A stretch of DNA of 44,782 nucleotides from Octopus bimaculoides (lineage: Eukaryota): assembly GCF_001194135.2 (NCBI RefSeq), contig NC_068983.1, positions 92,551,527 to 92,596,308 of the forward strand, read 5' to 3'. Below are positions 23,266-35,601 of the stretch, one piece after another (the stretch's first letter is position 1; each line of letters starts with the position of its first letter). The notes below the pieces were generated by a model. The model saw nothing but the letters and a program-made list of their open reading frames with translations. It searched no databases and was not told the origin of the DNA. Made by a program: the position numbers and the translations under genes.

Positions 23266-23937
23266 TAGCTGTTTTTCAACATTCAAATTTCTGTTTTTTG
23301 AAATTATAGAACAAAAGAAAATTTTCTTTAATATTTGCTCACACTTAAAACCATGAATTAGTTATCGCTAGATGGTTTATTATTTCAGCATCAAAAATCA
23401 CAATGAGCTCAGAATAAACTCATTTTCCCAACCACAGACAATTTTTTTACAGCAAATCACCATACCATTTTTATAAAATATGCAAAAAGATTAATAATTT
23501 ATTGACTTCTCATAATTATATACTTTCCTTAAAGAAATATCCACACTAGAGCTTTAAATAATGCTATCCTGCAGCAGTCTTCACACAGTATGCTTGGCTG
23601 GAGGGATTAGTTTGGTTAGGCTGAGTATAGGTGTAGTATGTTTGCTGTGAGAAAAAGATTTTCACAATTTCATGTCCCACTAAAAAAAAAAAAAGGAAAA
23701 TTTGGATCCCATGCCCCTACCACAATTTTCCCAGGCCCCACCTGTGAGGTGTATACCCCATGTTGGGAATCACTGGTATAATTAATTCAGTAATGGACTG
23801 AAAATTATTTTCAACTGTGTGAGAAGAAGGGGAGGGAATGCTTTTATCCTGTTATAAACATGTTGATCCAGCTATTATTTGACTTACAATACTGTTTCTT
23901 CATGTGTTTTTTTTTTTTTTTTTTTTTTTTCTTTTAG

Positions 23938-24034
23938 TCTGAAAAACCTACTGAAGGAATGTCTTTCACTGAAAAACAGAAATACTTTGAAAGAGAGATA
24001 CAACATCAAGCTTCAGGTGTTCCACGGCAACCAA
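23938..24034 (+). CDS. scrib: Coding exon of Scribble (LAP polarity scaffold), C-terminal region: SEKPTEGMSFTEKQKYFEREIQHQASGVPRQP
   Basis: Long poly-T tract + ttttag acceptor; 97-nt open exon. MSFTEKQKYFEREI resembles the Scribble motif LSFRERQKYFELEV (recalled from human SCRIB). Donor caa|gtatat (alternative cag|gtgttc at 24016); both are phase 1. Confidence 0.75.
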
Positions 24035-24129
24035 GTATATTAACATTTATTATATAACATCTTTTTAAGCCTTTATTTTGTACACTTTTTATTTTTCAAG
24101 CTGGAGGTGGGAATGTCTTAATTTCATTT

Positions 24130-25440
24130 CTTCAATGCCTTTAGTGAGATTTAGGGTTTAAATTGACCTCAGTACTTGACTGCAACTTATTTTATTGCCC
24201 CCATCTCCCAAGAAGATACAAGGCAGATTGAAACCTAGCTGAATTTTAAAGTCAGAATGAGTTAAAAATCATAAAGAGTCACAACTAAATACTGCTTGAT
24301 ATTTTATCTTTCATGTATTTTATTCTTCCATCCTTTGACCTCACATAATAATGAATTATAACATTGGGAAAAAGCCACACATTTTACAGACATTTATAAA
24401 GACAGTCTTTTTTACAAACAATTATAAAGACAGAACTTGTTTGATACTCTATTTCACCACTCTCACCAGAAAGAAGCATGAAAAGCAAAGTTGACATCAG
24501 TAAGATTTGAGTTCACAATATAAAGGGACATAATTCTTTCTACTATAACCATAAGACCTGAAGTTTTGGGATACCTATTTTATTGACTCAACTGGTACCT
24601 ATTTTATTGACTCCAAAAAGAATGAAAAGGAGAATCAGCCTTGGCAGAATTTGAACTCAGACTGTAAAGAGCCAGAAAAATACTACAAAGCATTTTTTTT
24701 TTGTGATGCTCTAATGATTTTGCCAGCTTGCCACCTTAATGGTTCCACATTTTGGCTCGAGACCAGTAATTATTGGGGGAGGGAATTAGTCAATTATATT
24801 GACCCCAGTGCTGCTCAATCTGAAAGGTTGAAAGACAAAATCAACCTTGGCAGCATTTGAACTCAGAATATTAAGATCCAGAAGAAATGCCAGTAAGCAT
24901 TTCATTCAATTCACTATCAATTCTGTCAGTTTATCACCTTTATAATAACAACAACAACAATAATAATAATAATAATGATAATAATAATAATAAAAATCCT
25001 TTCTGCTATAGGCACAAGACCTGAAATTTTTGGGGAAGGTGCTAGTCAATTTCATCAACCTCAGTGCTTGTCAATTTCATCAAACTCATTTTATCAATCC
25101 CAAAAGGATGAAATGCAAAGTTAGCTTTAGCAGAATTTGGATTCAGAATGTAAAGCCAAAAGAATGCCACTAAGCATTTTATTTGACTTGCTAATGTTTC
25201 TACCTGCTCACCACATTTATAACAATGATAATAATAATTCTGTCTACTATAGACTCAAAGCTTGAAACTTTGTGGAGGGGACCAGTTTATGACATTGACC
25301 AGTCTTCTACTGGTGCTTATTCTATCAACTTTGACAGGATAAGAGGCAAAGACAACTTTGGCAGCACTCAAGTCCAGAACATAAGGCAGGAAGAAATGCT
25401 GCTAAGCATTTTATTCAGAATGCTAACAATTCTGCCAGAA
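24130..25440 (-). mobile_element. Cluster of ~6 head-to-tail tRNA SINE copies
   Basis: Repeated aaagtcaacct..gcagaatttgaactcagaa...ctaagcatttt...ctgccag blocks separated by (AAT)n. Confidence 0.8.
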
Positions 25441-25479
25441 TAATGAAAGATGAAAGACAATTCACTGGCTGTATCACAC

Positions 25480-25810
25480 AACTACCATCTATGCTGGTGG
25501 CATGTAAAAAGCACTTTCAAGCATTGGGCCTCATGGAGGCAATGACAAATGACTGAAACTTTCAGCAACATGCCATACTTGAGTAGAAGACCCAGTAAGC
25601 CAAGTGAAATTCTAGTTGTAGAAGATACTGGTGTCATGTAACTGGCACATAAAAGGCAAAGTCTCAGAATGGTTGGCATTAGGACGGGCACCCAGCTGTA
25701 GAAACCATGCCAAATCAGAATGGAGTCTGGTGCAGCCCCTCAGCTTGCCAACCTTTGTCAAACCGCCCAACCCATGCCAGCATGGATGATGGACATTAAA
25801 TGATGACAAC
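25480..25810 (+). mobile_element. RTE-tailed SINE-like repeat
   Basis: Same 3' region as 22300-22466 (ggttggcattaggacgggcacccagctgtagaaacc...cccatgccagcatgga). Confidence 0.7.
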
Positions 25811-26361
25811 GACGAATACCTTGATACAGTACCAAGCAGTAGCTCTTATGGCTTCTGATCTTGACTGATTGGAAGTGTTAACATATACATGTTTTGTCTT
25901 GGTGTAAAAGATGGGCTACAACAAATATTCTGCTCACTACCACAGATTTGTTTGTCAGTTGCTTGACCGTAACCAGTTGAGCATTTCCATTAGTGACTGA
26001 TATGTGCATGGTCATGAGCAAGATTAGTGGGAGAGCATCATTTCCATGTGTTGAGAGTTGTTCTTTGCGGTTTGGATAATTCACCTCTGGAAACATGGGT
26101 GTTTCATTCATTATCCTTAAGCAACCCTTATTCAAGGACCTTTTGAGCTTGATGAGCTACTTGACCTGAAGAAAATTCTGACTACACCCCCACCTGCTAG
26201 GTCATGTGCTATTAATCTTGGTGTGAGATCACCATGCTGGCACACATGGTTGTGATGCAATGTGCCTGGTGTACCCTTATCAGATGGGTAGTCATGATGG
26301 GTATATTGGGCATCATATATTTATACCCCAGTGTCACTTTGATGGCATGCAGTGCTATCTT

Positions 26362-28700
26362 ACTCGATAATAATGATGATGATGATTTCTTTTATTTGCC
26401 ACCTGGGTGATAGTTGATAGGGATGATACAAAGATAGATTTAAGGTGTGGGGATTTACATAGAATCGAATGATAAAAAAATGTAAGCATAGATGGCATAC
26501 AATATAAAGAGAAAAAAGAAAGATATATCAGTATATATGGTATAGAATATATAAAGAAAAAAAGGCATGGAAGTATTGTCAGAAAGTCCTGTCCAAGATG
26601 TGTACAGAATGATGAAAATTGTTCTGCATGCATTCTTTCAGCATCTGAGCATTGTTGTCTTGTGGAGTTATGTCTAACAGTTGCTGTCATGTGTGGGATG
26701 GATCCAGCTGTCTGCTGAGTCCATGATGATGATGTCTTGATGCCCTTCTGCTCTCTATTAATCAGGCAGAGAAGGCAATTTTTCTCTACCTGGTAGATTC
26801 TTGTGTTTCAAAAATACAATTCCAGTCACTCACTCACAAGATATTCCCAGAAATGCTTTTAGATGTTTGAAGAAATCTGGTCTTCCAGCTCCTGTCAGGG
26901 CATAAACAACCATCTACATTCACATCCTGAACTATCAGCTTACTGTCCAGGTTCAAGAAGATTACCCATACCTTATGATCCAACGATTTTTCAAATAACA
27001 CTACCATCCTGCCAGTTGATTTCAGCAGACTACACAAGGAAAAAATCTCATAGTCATCAAAAATGGGACTTGAGTGTATACTCTGCAGAGATCTTAGTTT
27101 CACTGATGGTTAGTACAGTCATGTCAAGGAACCTGAAATCATTGAACAAATGACCTTGCTTCCAAATAAATCCCAGACTGCATATATTTATATGCCGAAC
27201 TATGAGAACAGTCATATTTTTCAAAGCGAAAAAAGAAATGGAAGGGACTCTTTGAATAATTCTTCCTACACCAATGAGGAGGCTGAATCCACAAAGGCCT
27301 ACATAAGGTTTGTTTGTCTGGCTTTAAACAAAAGGGCCCAATGTCTGCAAGATTTTTAAAATTTGGGTCAACCTTTTTTTAGAATTGTCTTTCATCTTTA
27401 TTGACACATCTTTTTCCCTCCTTACATGATAAGGTTTCTGCATCCACTTAATTTGTGTTAGGAGTAAGATGTGGATCTCTAAGTGTGTGTGTAATTGATT
27501 CTCTGAGTTACTGGACTTGCAGATGAGTGATAACTCTCCTGTCTGTAGGGATGATAGTTGCGGAATAACTGATTCATTGTTTGCTATGTTCATCTCTACC
27601 GTTACTTTTGTTGTGGTTGTTTTTTAATGCGTCTCCCGATATTGGGGTTGTTGTTGCTGTCATCATACATGGAAGTTTGTGTTTTTCTTGCTGCTGTTAG
27701 TGACCTTTCCTCCAGCTTTGTTTTGTTGTTGTGAGCAGAAGTCTTTTAAATGGGAGTTGCAAATGTGGCATTTTGATTTTCTACTTTCCACCATGACCCA
27801 GAATTGTATCTTGTTCAACCAGGGTATCCAGGCCTCTAATTACTACACATGCTGCCACCTACCAGATGTCTATGTCTAGTGGCATGACTAATATTTTGAT
27901 TTTTATCACACACAGATCCTCATGTTTACTCTGGACAATTGATGTTTCTGTGCAAAGGATTCTGTGAGGAACCTCACTTTCATAGAGTCATATTGTATTA
28001 CTCAAGTTACAAAGTTTATGTCAGTCCATAATGTCTTTAAACATTTTTTGACTTAGATGTAAAGCATCAGAACCCCACCTAATTTTTAATAGAAATACAT
28101 CTGCATAAAATAGTTCTTTTGGCAGTCCTTTCCATCAATTCTGAAGGAATAGCAGTTTCAGGTTTTTCTCTTTCTTCTGTTGAGGAGCTTTTCTGCTTCA
28201 ATCAAGGAAACTTGCTCCAGAAACCTTGTTACTCCTACAAATGAGTGAATTTTGTTGTTGATATTGTTGTTGTTGTAGTTGCTACTGTTGTTGGAGGAGA
28301 TGGTGGTGTTTCCATGCTCCAAAATGAATGTGCTTGTGGTAATATCTGTGACTGTGGATAAAGTTGCAAGGCTAGTAGTTGTGAAGATGATGTCTATGTT
28401 GTTGGTGTGGTTGGTTGGCAAAGGTGAAAATTCATTGATATTGTTACTGTTGCTGCTGCAGTTATTTTTTCTATTTTCCATGTTGCTGTTGTTGATCCTG
28501 CCATCTACTTTGTGATGAGATGACACAGATTTGCTTTGTTTCAGCAGCAAGGCTGACTAGTGCTTCTCTCTTCTTCTTCATAACATTAATGTCACTCTCT
28601 TCCATCTCTGCCCTTCTCACATTGATGTACCTTCTTCCTTTAATGATTATTATTGAATCCATGATGAAAAATGAAAGGAAAACAAACTTTTCTATTATAT
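26362..28700 (-). mobile_element. L1/Tx1-type LINE, rearranged: ORF1 remnant + APE start, large deletion, inverted C-terminal zinc knuckle, 3' UTR
   Basis: Minus: KQGHLFNDFRFLDMTVLTISETKI; VVLFEKSLDHKVWVIFLNLDSKLIVQDV; VYALTGAGRPDFFKHLKAFLG. Plus (26560-26805): CPRCVQNDE(N)VLHAFFQ...LWSYV.QLL. Minus tail gcaaataaaagaaat(cat)n. ORF1 assignment of 27330-28700 is weak. Confidence 0.6.
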
Positions 28701-29284
28701 GATGCAAAACTTAAATCAGAAAGTCCCTCAAGAAATAGAGGTCTTTATACAAAAAAGAAGCTCATAAGCAATTAGTAGCTCACTTCTTTTTCTATGTTTA
28801 TACAAAAATGAAATTGAAACAGTGAATTTCAGGGTAAAAACATCAATTTGTTGACAAATTTTCTGGAGCCAAAGTTAAGCATGGCTTACTAGAATGCCAG
28901 TAGCAGCTGCAACAACAACAAGAATAATAATAATGGTGGTGGTGGTGGTGGTGGTTAACTGCATTTTCTCTGGCTACCTTGTGTTAGCCAAGAAAAAAAA
29001 ACATGAAGTCATGACAGAGCTAGGTCTTACATACACTGGAAGTAATGCTAGCATTATGAAATACCAACAGAAAAGAGATTGCATAGATATATACCAAAAA
29101 GGTCTTTGAGAATGGCAAAGCAACCATGCTCTGGGATATGCCGTTGCACATTGACAGGGAGCTCAAGGCTCACTGGTCAGATATTCTCATGTACAACCAG
29201 GAAATAAATTCCTCCATCAGTCCCAACAGATGATAATGAATCTCTAAAAGAGATGGAGAAATTATCCAAATAATAATAATAATA

Positions 29285-30010
29285 AACCTGAAATTTGTGG
29301 GGATGGAGATAGTTGATTACATCAACCCCAGTGTTCGAGTGGTACTCATTTTATCAACCCCCAAAAGAGGAAAGGCAAAGTTGACCTCAGTGGAATTTGA
29401 ACTCAGAATGTAAAGCCAGAAGAAATTCCACTAAGCATTTTGTTCAGTGCAGTATATTTTTATCATAATCACAAGCCTAAAATGTGGGAACGGAAGTTAG
29501 TTGATACCATTGATGCCAGTACTTGATTGGTATCAACCCCAAAAGAAAGACAAAAAGACTTAAACTCAGAATGTAAAGAGGTGTAACAAATACTTCAAAG
29601 CATTTTATCTGACAATTTAATGACCATTACCAGTACTGTCAATAATGCTTTAACTATGAAATTTTCTAATATAGGCACAAGACTTGAGATTTGAGAGGAG
29701 GAAGGGTTAGTTTATATATCAGTCCATGTACTAAACTGGTACTTTATTTTATCAACCCCAAAAGGATGAAAAGCAAAATTGACCTCAGCAGGATTTAGAC
29801 TCATAAGAGCTTGAAGAAATACTGCAAGGCATTTTGTCCAATATTCTAACAACTCTGTTGCTCTACTGCCAATGATAATGAATTTGTTTTTGGATAATTA
29901 TTTTAAAGAGACCCTTTTGGGGTTGATAAAATAAGTATCAATTGAGTAATGGGGTTAATGTAATTGACTTTCACCCTCCCTTGGAATTGCTGGTCTTGTG
30001 CCAAATTTTG
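29285..30010. mobile_element. Three minus-strand tRNA SINEs followed by a partial plus-strand copy
   Basis: Same SINE family. 29915-30010 (cttttggggttgataaaataagtatc...gtcttgtgcc) is inverted relative to 29675-29765. Confidence 0.75.
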
Positions 30011-30369
30011 AAACCAATATGAAGATTGATTTGGAGTGAAATTGAAGTTAAAGAGAGCTTGTATTTACCAACTGAATTTTGAGATTTTACTTTTACTATA
30101 TTTTCCTCAGATGCAGTAGAGCTGAATCACATATTTTCTTGGTCTGTTTACTTACAGAATGCTTATTACTTTAACAATAAACAAATGAACATTAATTACA
30201 CATTACTCCACATGGCATATGAAGTAATCTATTAACATGTATATATTTTACTGTGAAAATTTGGAATGTTGAGGTTCAAAAAGCATGTTTAAAATAAAGT
30301 TAAATTGACAAGTTATGAAAATACATTTAGTCATTAGTGTTTATACATTTATTTATATTTTTTTTTCAG

Positions 30370-30426
30370 CAAAGCAGTTCAGTTACCTATCAGAACATGA
30401 AGTAGCTCGTATGAAACAATATGAAG
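30370..30426 (+). CDS. scrib: Coding exon of Scribble: (T)KQFSYLSEHEVARMKQYE, symmetric phase 1-1
   Basis: ttttttttcag| acceptor and gaag|gtaatg donor; 57 nt; splices in frame to 24034. Resembles the K.FS.LS..EV.KMKQEEE / KRVSLVGADDLRKMQEEE motif that follows in Scribble proteins (recalled). Confidence 0.75.
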
Positions 30427-31175
30427 GTAATGGTTTCATCTGTAAATTGTGTATGTATGTGTAGCAAGTGCTTCGATGCTCTGATAAGCAAATCAGTTTT
30501 CGAATCTGGTTTCAAATTCACAGTTGATGCTGTTGCATTTTTATTATTGATCCCTGTGGAAAAGGCAGAAATATCACAACCTCCTGCTATGATCTAAAAC
30601 TTGGAGAGCAGGGACAGGTACACATATACACAAAAATAGAGCAGTTGATGACAATTGTTAGAGCTTTGAACAAACTTTCTTTTATCTGTTCAGGTCATTT
30701 ATTCTGCAGCTTTGCCTTTTATTCTTTTGAGTTAGATGAAGAAGATGGCAGCACCAATCAAAGACTGGATTTGATTTAATTAGCTATAGAGTAAGAGCTG
30801 GTGTCCATAAGGCAACCCAACATTGTCTTCAACTTCATTACAGCAATTCCTGTGGTGACACTTGTGCCGTACTGTAGCAGTCCTTGCCCTTTCCTTGGAT
30901 GACATCACTGGTGTGGAAAGAGAAGAGCTACTGTATAGGCACCTTACCCATGCTCTACCAACACATACTCAAGTAATACAGATCCATCCACTCACAAATG
31001 TTTTTACATTTATATACAAGATACATGACAGTACACATCTGGAAATAATAAGCTCACATCAAGATATATTCAGAACTCATATATAACACACTTCTAGACC
31101 ATCACCTTTGGAATGACTAAACCTTACTATATCTGATGGCATTTCATAGCAAATGCATGCATCACAAACACATGT

Positions 31176-31224
<49 letters not shown>

Positions 31225-31227
<3 letters not shown>

Positions 31228-31400
31228 GTAGGTGAAACCGTGGATGTGTGGTAAGAAGTTTACATCCCAAGCACATAGTTTTGGGTTCAGTCCCACTGCA
31301 TGGCACCTTGGGCATGTGTCTATTATTATACCTCTAGGACAACCAAAGGCTTGTGAGCAGATTTGGTAGATGGAAACTGAAAGAAACTTTGTGTGTGTGT
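31225..31400 (+). mobile_element. tRNA-derived SINE fragment
   Basis: gtggatgtgtggtaagaagttt...gggttcagtcccactgcatggcaccttgggcatgtgtc; inverse orientation of the 2860-3020 copy. Confidence 0.7.
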
Positions 31401-31789
31401 GCGTGTGCAAGTGCATGTGTGTGTGTGTGTGTGTTACTATCTCCTTTAACTTCACATGATAGTTGTAAAAGAATTTTTTGGTGTTAATATATATAAATAT
31501 TATTTAAATGTCACAAATAATAATAGGAACTTAATAGTATTTATATTTGAGTATAAATAAGTTATTTAATTTTATTGATGTTTAATTAATAATGATTAGT
31601 GAAATTTATATTATTTAATAATATTTATTGTTATGTCTATATTGTTATTATTAATATTATTTATATTTAATGATGTTTATTTATATTATTGCTTGTAATA
31701 ATACTATGTTTAAATATATTATTTATTGTTGTTATGTGTTGAGATTGATTTTAGAATATTAAGTAATAATAGTTGAAGCAGTGTCCTTC

Positions 31790-31970
31790 ATTTTCAATCT
31801 TCCTTGAAAACTTGTCTAGTTATGGAGAAATATTACCTTTTTTTGGAAACAGGTGAGGGTTGACAACAGGAAGGGCATCTGGCTGTAGAAAAATCCACCT
31901 CAACACATTCCATCCAACCAATGTGAGCATGGGAAAGTGGCCATTAAATCGATGATGAGAATGATGATGA
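31790..31970 (+). mobile_element. RTE-tailed SINE 3' fragment
   Basis: ggaagggcatctggctgtagaaa...ccaaccaatgtgagcatgggaaagtgg...(gat)n. Confidence 0.55.
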
Positions 31971-32104
31971 TATATATGTCATTTTCATCATTATCATTTA
32001 ATGTCTGTTTTCCATGCTAGCATGAATTAGACAAATACATACATACATACATACATACATACATACATACATACATACATACATCCCTCCATCCATCCCT
32101 CCAT

Positions 32105-32600
32105 CCAGAAATCATCAAATGATTATTTGTAAGGGTTGCATGATGCTTTAGTTTCACCAACTTCAGAGTACAGTGATTCACAGCAGTATGTTGTACTGAA
32201 AATTGAGTCACATACTAGTTTTCAGAATATTTTATTTCTGGAACTTGTTTTCAAAACTCAATTGTAAACTAGGATTTATGAATCCTCTTTAGACCAGGTC
32301 CTCTTGTAATTCCATTAGTTCCATTTCCACAGCAGAAAATTCCATAATAAGAGGTTTGAGAATTGAACAACTATTGACCACATCAACCATAAATGGATCT
32401 ACAAGAGAGATGAAGCAGAAATTAGAAAATTATCAAGCAGTCCTTGTAATTTATATTTGTATACTTCCAGTTTGTGATCTTTTATTTCAGTATCAATGAA
32501 TGTATTTTACTCTTTTCAAAACCACTAAATGCAAGCTTGCCATCATCCTTCCACAAACATTTCTTTCCCACATGTTGATTTTCTCTGGTACATTGCCTTA
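32105..32600 (-). mobile_element. hAT transposase C-terminal remnant (SPIN/GTF2IRD2-like)
   Basis: Minus: LVDPFMVDVVNSCSILKPLIMEFSAVEMELMELQEDLV and STYCCESL...LKHHATLTNNHL (hATC-like, frameshifted). Confidence 0.65.
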
Positions 32601-33054
32601 CAATTGAAACAACTCATGCCATGATGCAGATCATTATTAGCATACCTCTCATTGTTTGTCTCTCCCCTGCCTCCTCACCTCTCTTCTAGCTATCTGATAA
32701 AATTCTCTGCTACCCCATTCTTTCATACCTTCCAGCAGTAGTTGCTATCAGCTAAAGCTCTGAGGCAGCTGCTGAGATGTTGAAGGGACCCTCTATTAGT
32801 ACTCAAGGGACAGGATGGTATTTCATTTCTGCCTCTTGTAAGAAGGTTTGTTGGACTTAATAAAGTGTTATGGAGAGCCTGGATTAGGAATCTGAGGCAC
32901 TGGATGTCAGCCTGCCAGAAATCTGACCAGGTAATGTTATGCTACTCTATATGGAATAAGAATGGCTCTTCATTGGTTATGATGACAAGGGTTCCAGTTG
33001 ATCCAATAACAAAACAGCCTGCTTATGAATGTGTACATGGCTTAGCACAACACT

Positions 33055-33550
33055 GACATATGTAACTTTAATGTAGTTCTCAGGGAGAATCAACGTTACA
33101 CAGAATGTGACAAGGCTGGCCCTTTGAATTACAGGTACAACTCATTTTTGCCAGCTGAGTGGACTGGAGCAATAGTAAATAATGTATCTTGCTATGAGGA
33201 ATTGAACTCAGAATCTTATGACTGAGCTGAATACCCTAAACACTAAGCCATGTACCTTCATATGAAGGCATGTGGATTAGGGTTTAGGATGTTTGGCTCA
33301 CAATCATAAGGTCAGGAGTTCAATACCCAGCAGTACATTGGGTCTTTGAGCAAGATACTTTATTTCATGTTGCTCCAATCCACTAAGCTGGCAAAAATGA
33401 GTTGCATCTGTATTTCAAAGAGCCAGCCTTGTCACATTCTGTATCACACTGAAACCCCTTGAGAAGAGAACTACATCAAGGGTATGCATGTCTGTGGAGC
33501 ACTCAGTTACTTGCATGTTAATTTCATGAGTAAGCCGTTTTATTGATCAG
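33055..33550. mobile_element. Head-to-head pair of tRNA SINEs (minus 33055-33250, plus 33265-33550)
   Basis: tgtgacaaggctggccctttgaattacaggtacaactcatttttgccagctgagtggactggagca is mirrored at about 33370-33440; B-box ggagttcaatacc. Confidence 0.75.
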
Positions 33551-33597
33551 ATCAGGAACACTATACTCTCTCCCCCCCTCTCTCTCTATATATATAT

Positions 33598-34500
33598 CAT
33601 TATCACTTAACACCCACTTTCCATGCTGACATGGGTTAGACAGTTTAACTGGAACTGGTAAACTGAAGAGTTGCACCAGGTTCCAGTCTTATTTGGCATG
33701 GTTTCTACGGCTGGATGTCCTTCCTAACGGCAACCCCTCCAAGAGGATCATGCTTCAATACCTCGTCCCTCACCTCTGTGAGGCCCAATATTTGGAGATC
33801 ATGCTACCAGCAACAGCTACAATTTCAGTTTCATGGGTACCATTTACATGACACCAGCAACGACGACAACTATGATGGCATCTGGGTTGATGATTCTTCA
33901 CAGGCACGACATATTGCAAAGGTCTCAATCACTAGTCACCACCTCCGTCAGATCCAACATTCAAAGATCATGCTTCACCACCTCGTCCCATGTCTTCTTG
34001 GGTCTACCTCTTCCATAGGTTCTCTCCACAGTTAGAGATAAGCACTTCTTTACATAGCTGTCCTCATCTATATGTATCACATGACCATACTAATGCAGTT
34101 GTCTCTCTTGCATGCCATATCTGATGCCTCTTATACCCATTTTTCTGTCAAGACACTTATGTTCTGTCACTCATGCACACTGACATTGCACATCCAGCAA
34201 AGCATACTAGCTTCATTTCTTTCCAGCCTTTGCATGTCCTCTGCAGTCACATGACCATACCAACACATTTGTCTCTCTTGCATGCCACATATGATGCTTC
34301 TTATACCCAGTTTTCTCTCAAAACACGTATGCACATCCAGCGAAGCATACTAGCTTCATTTCTTTCAAGCCTTTGCATGTCCTCTGAGGAGCATGGCTGT
34401 TTACACACAGGCAGCATACAGTCTGCCTTTCATTCTGAGGGAGAGGCCTTTTGTTACCAACAGAGACAGAAGCTCTCTTAACTTTTCCCAGCCTATTCTT
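33598..34500 (-). mobile_element. RTE LINE 3' end with internal ~170-bp duplication
   Basis: Minus: LTVERTYGRGRPKKTWDEVVKHDL; duplicated ccatac...tgtctctcttgcatgcca...ttataccca block (about 34085 and 34255); SINE-type tail at 33600-33730. Confidence 0.75.
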
Positions 34501-34847
34501 ATTGTAGCAGCTACACTGCTGGCTTGGTCACCTACATAAAGGGAGCTGTTTATTACTTCTAGGTATCCCCCTTAGCATTTGATGGAGTCTATTTTCGTTT
34601 CATTTCTTGTATTTATTGTACCTGCCACACACAAAGACTACTTTCCCTGTTAATCTTCCTCTGATATTGCTGCACCTCTTATGTGTCCATAGCTTGCACT
34701 GGGTACATCTTATGGAGTTTCTACCTACACTGCCTCTATATATGTATATGTTTGTATATATGTATATATGAACATATATATTTATATATATACATGTATG
34801 TGTATGTATATGTGTGTATGTGCATGTGTGTGTGTGTGTGTGTGTGT

Positions 34848-35600
34848 ATCATCATCATCATCATCATCATCATCGTTTAACGTCCGCTTTCCATGCTAAC
34901 ATGGGTTGGACGATTTGTCTGAGGACTGGTGAAACCGGATGGCAACACCAGGCTCCAGTCTAATTTGGCAGAGTTTCTACAGCTGGATGCCCTTCCTAAC
35001 GCCAACCACTCAGAGAGTGTAGTGGGTGCTTTTANNNNNNNNNNNNNNNNNNNNNNNNNNNNNNNNNNNNNNNNNNNNNNNNNNNNNNNNNNNNNNNNNN
35101 NNNNNNNNNNNNNNNNNNNNNNNNNNNNNNNNNNNNNNNNNNNNNNNNNNNNNNNNNNNNNNNNNNNNNNNNNNNNNNNNNNNNNNNNNNNNNNNNNNNN
35201 NNNNNNNNNNNNNNNNNNNNNNNNNNNNNNNNNNNNNNNNNNNNNNNNNNNNNNNNNNNNNNNNNNNNNNNNNNNNNNNNNNNNNNNNNNNNNNNNNNNN
35301 NNNNNNNNNNNNNNNCCAGTCCAGGGGCACTGGCAACGATCTTACTTGGCTTGCCGGGTCTTCTCACGCACAGCACATTTCCAAAGGTCTCAGTCAGTAG
35401 TCATTGCCTCGGTGAGGCCCAATGTACGAAGGTCTTGCCTCACCACCTCAGCCCAGGTCTTCCTGAGCCTACCTCTTCCACGGGTTCCCTCAACTGTTAG
35501 GGTGTGGCACTTTTTCACGCAGCTATCCTCATCCATTCTCACCACGTGTCCATACCAGCGCAATCGTCTCTCTTGCACACCACAACTGATGCTTCTATAT
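34848..35600 (-). mobile_element. RTE LINE 3' end, younger copy, with (GAT)n tail
   Basis: GVQERRLRWYGHVVRMDEDSCVKKCHTLTVEGTRGRGRLRKTWAEVVRQDL (ORF 35390-35668). The tail matches the RTE-tailed SINE family. Confidence 0.85.
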
Positions 35601-35601
35601 A

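Larger units (their letters stand above)
21400..23776 (-). mobile_element. hAT (Charlie/ZBED5-like) transposon remnant, interrupted by a SINE
   Basis: Terminal cagtgattcccaac (minus strand, ending 23776). GIQVDESNFGDSDALLLAYVGYIDQEEFQEEMFC (first catalytic Asp region); IFEKLSNLN; DHLKMLIEDFNDKFGDL; SYLVECGFS dimerisation motif. Second TIR not found. Confidence 0.8.

Noticed and set aside
31480-31790. Mitochondrial insertion (NUMT) in an extremely AT-rich stretch
   Set aside because: Hand translation with the invertebrate mitochondrial code gave hydrophobic fragments but no recognisable gene motif. A BLAST against cephalopod mtDNA would decide.
32333-32480. Next scrib exon (phase 1, AENSIIRGLRIEQLL...)
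   Set aside because: The opposite strand reads as hAT transposase and there is no good donor.
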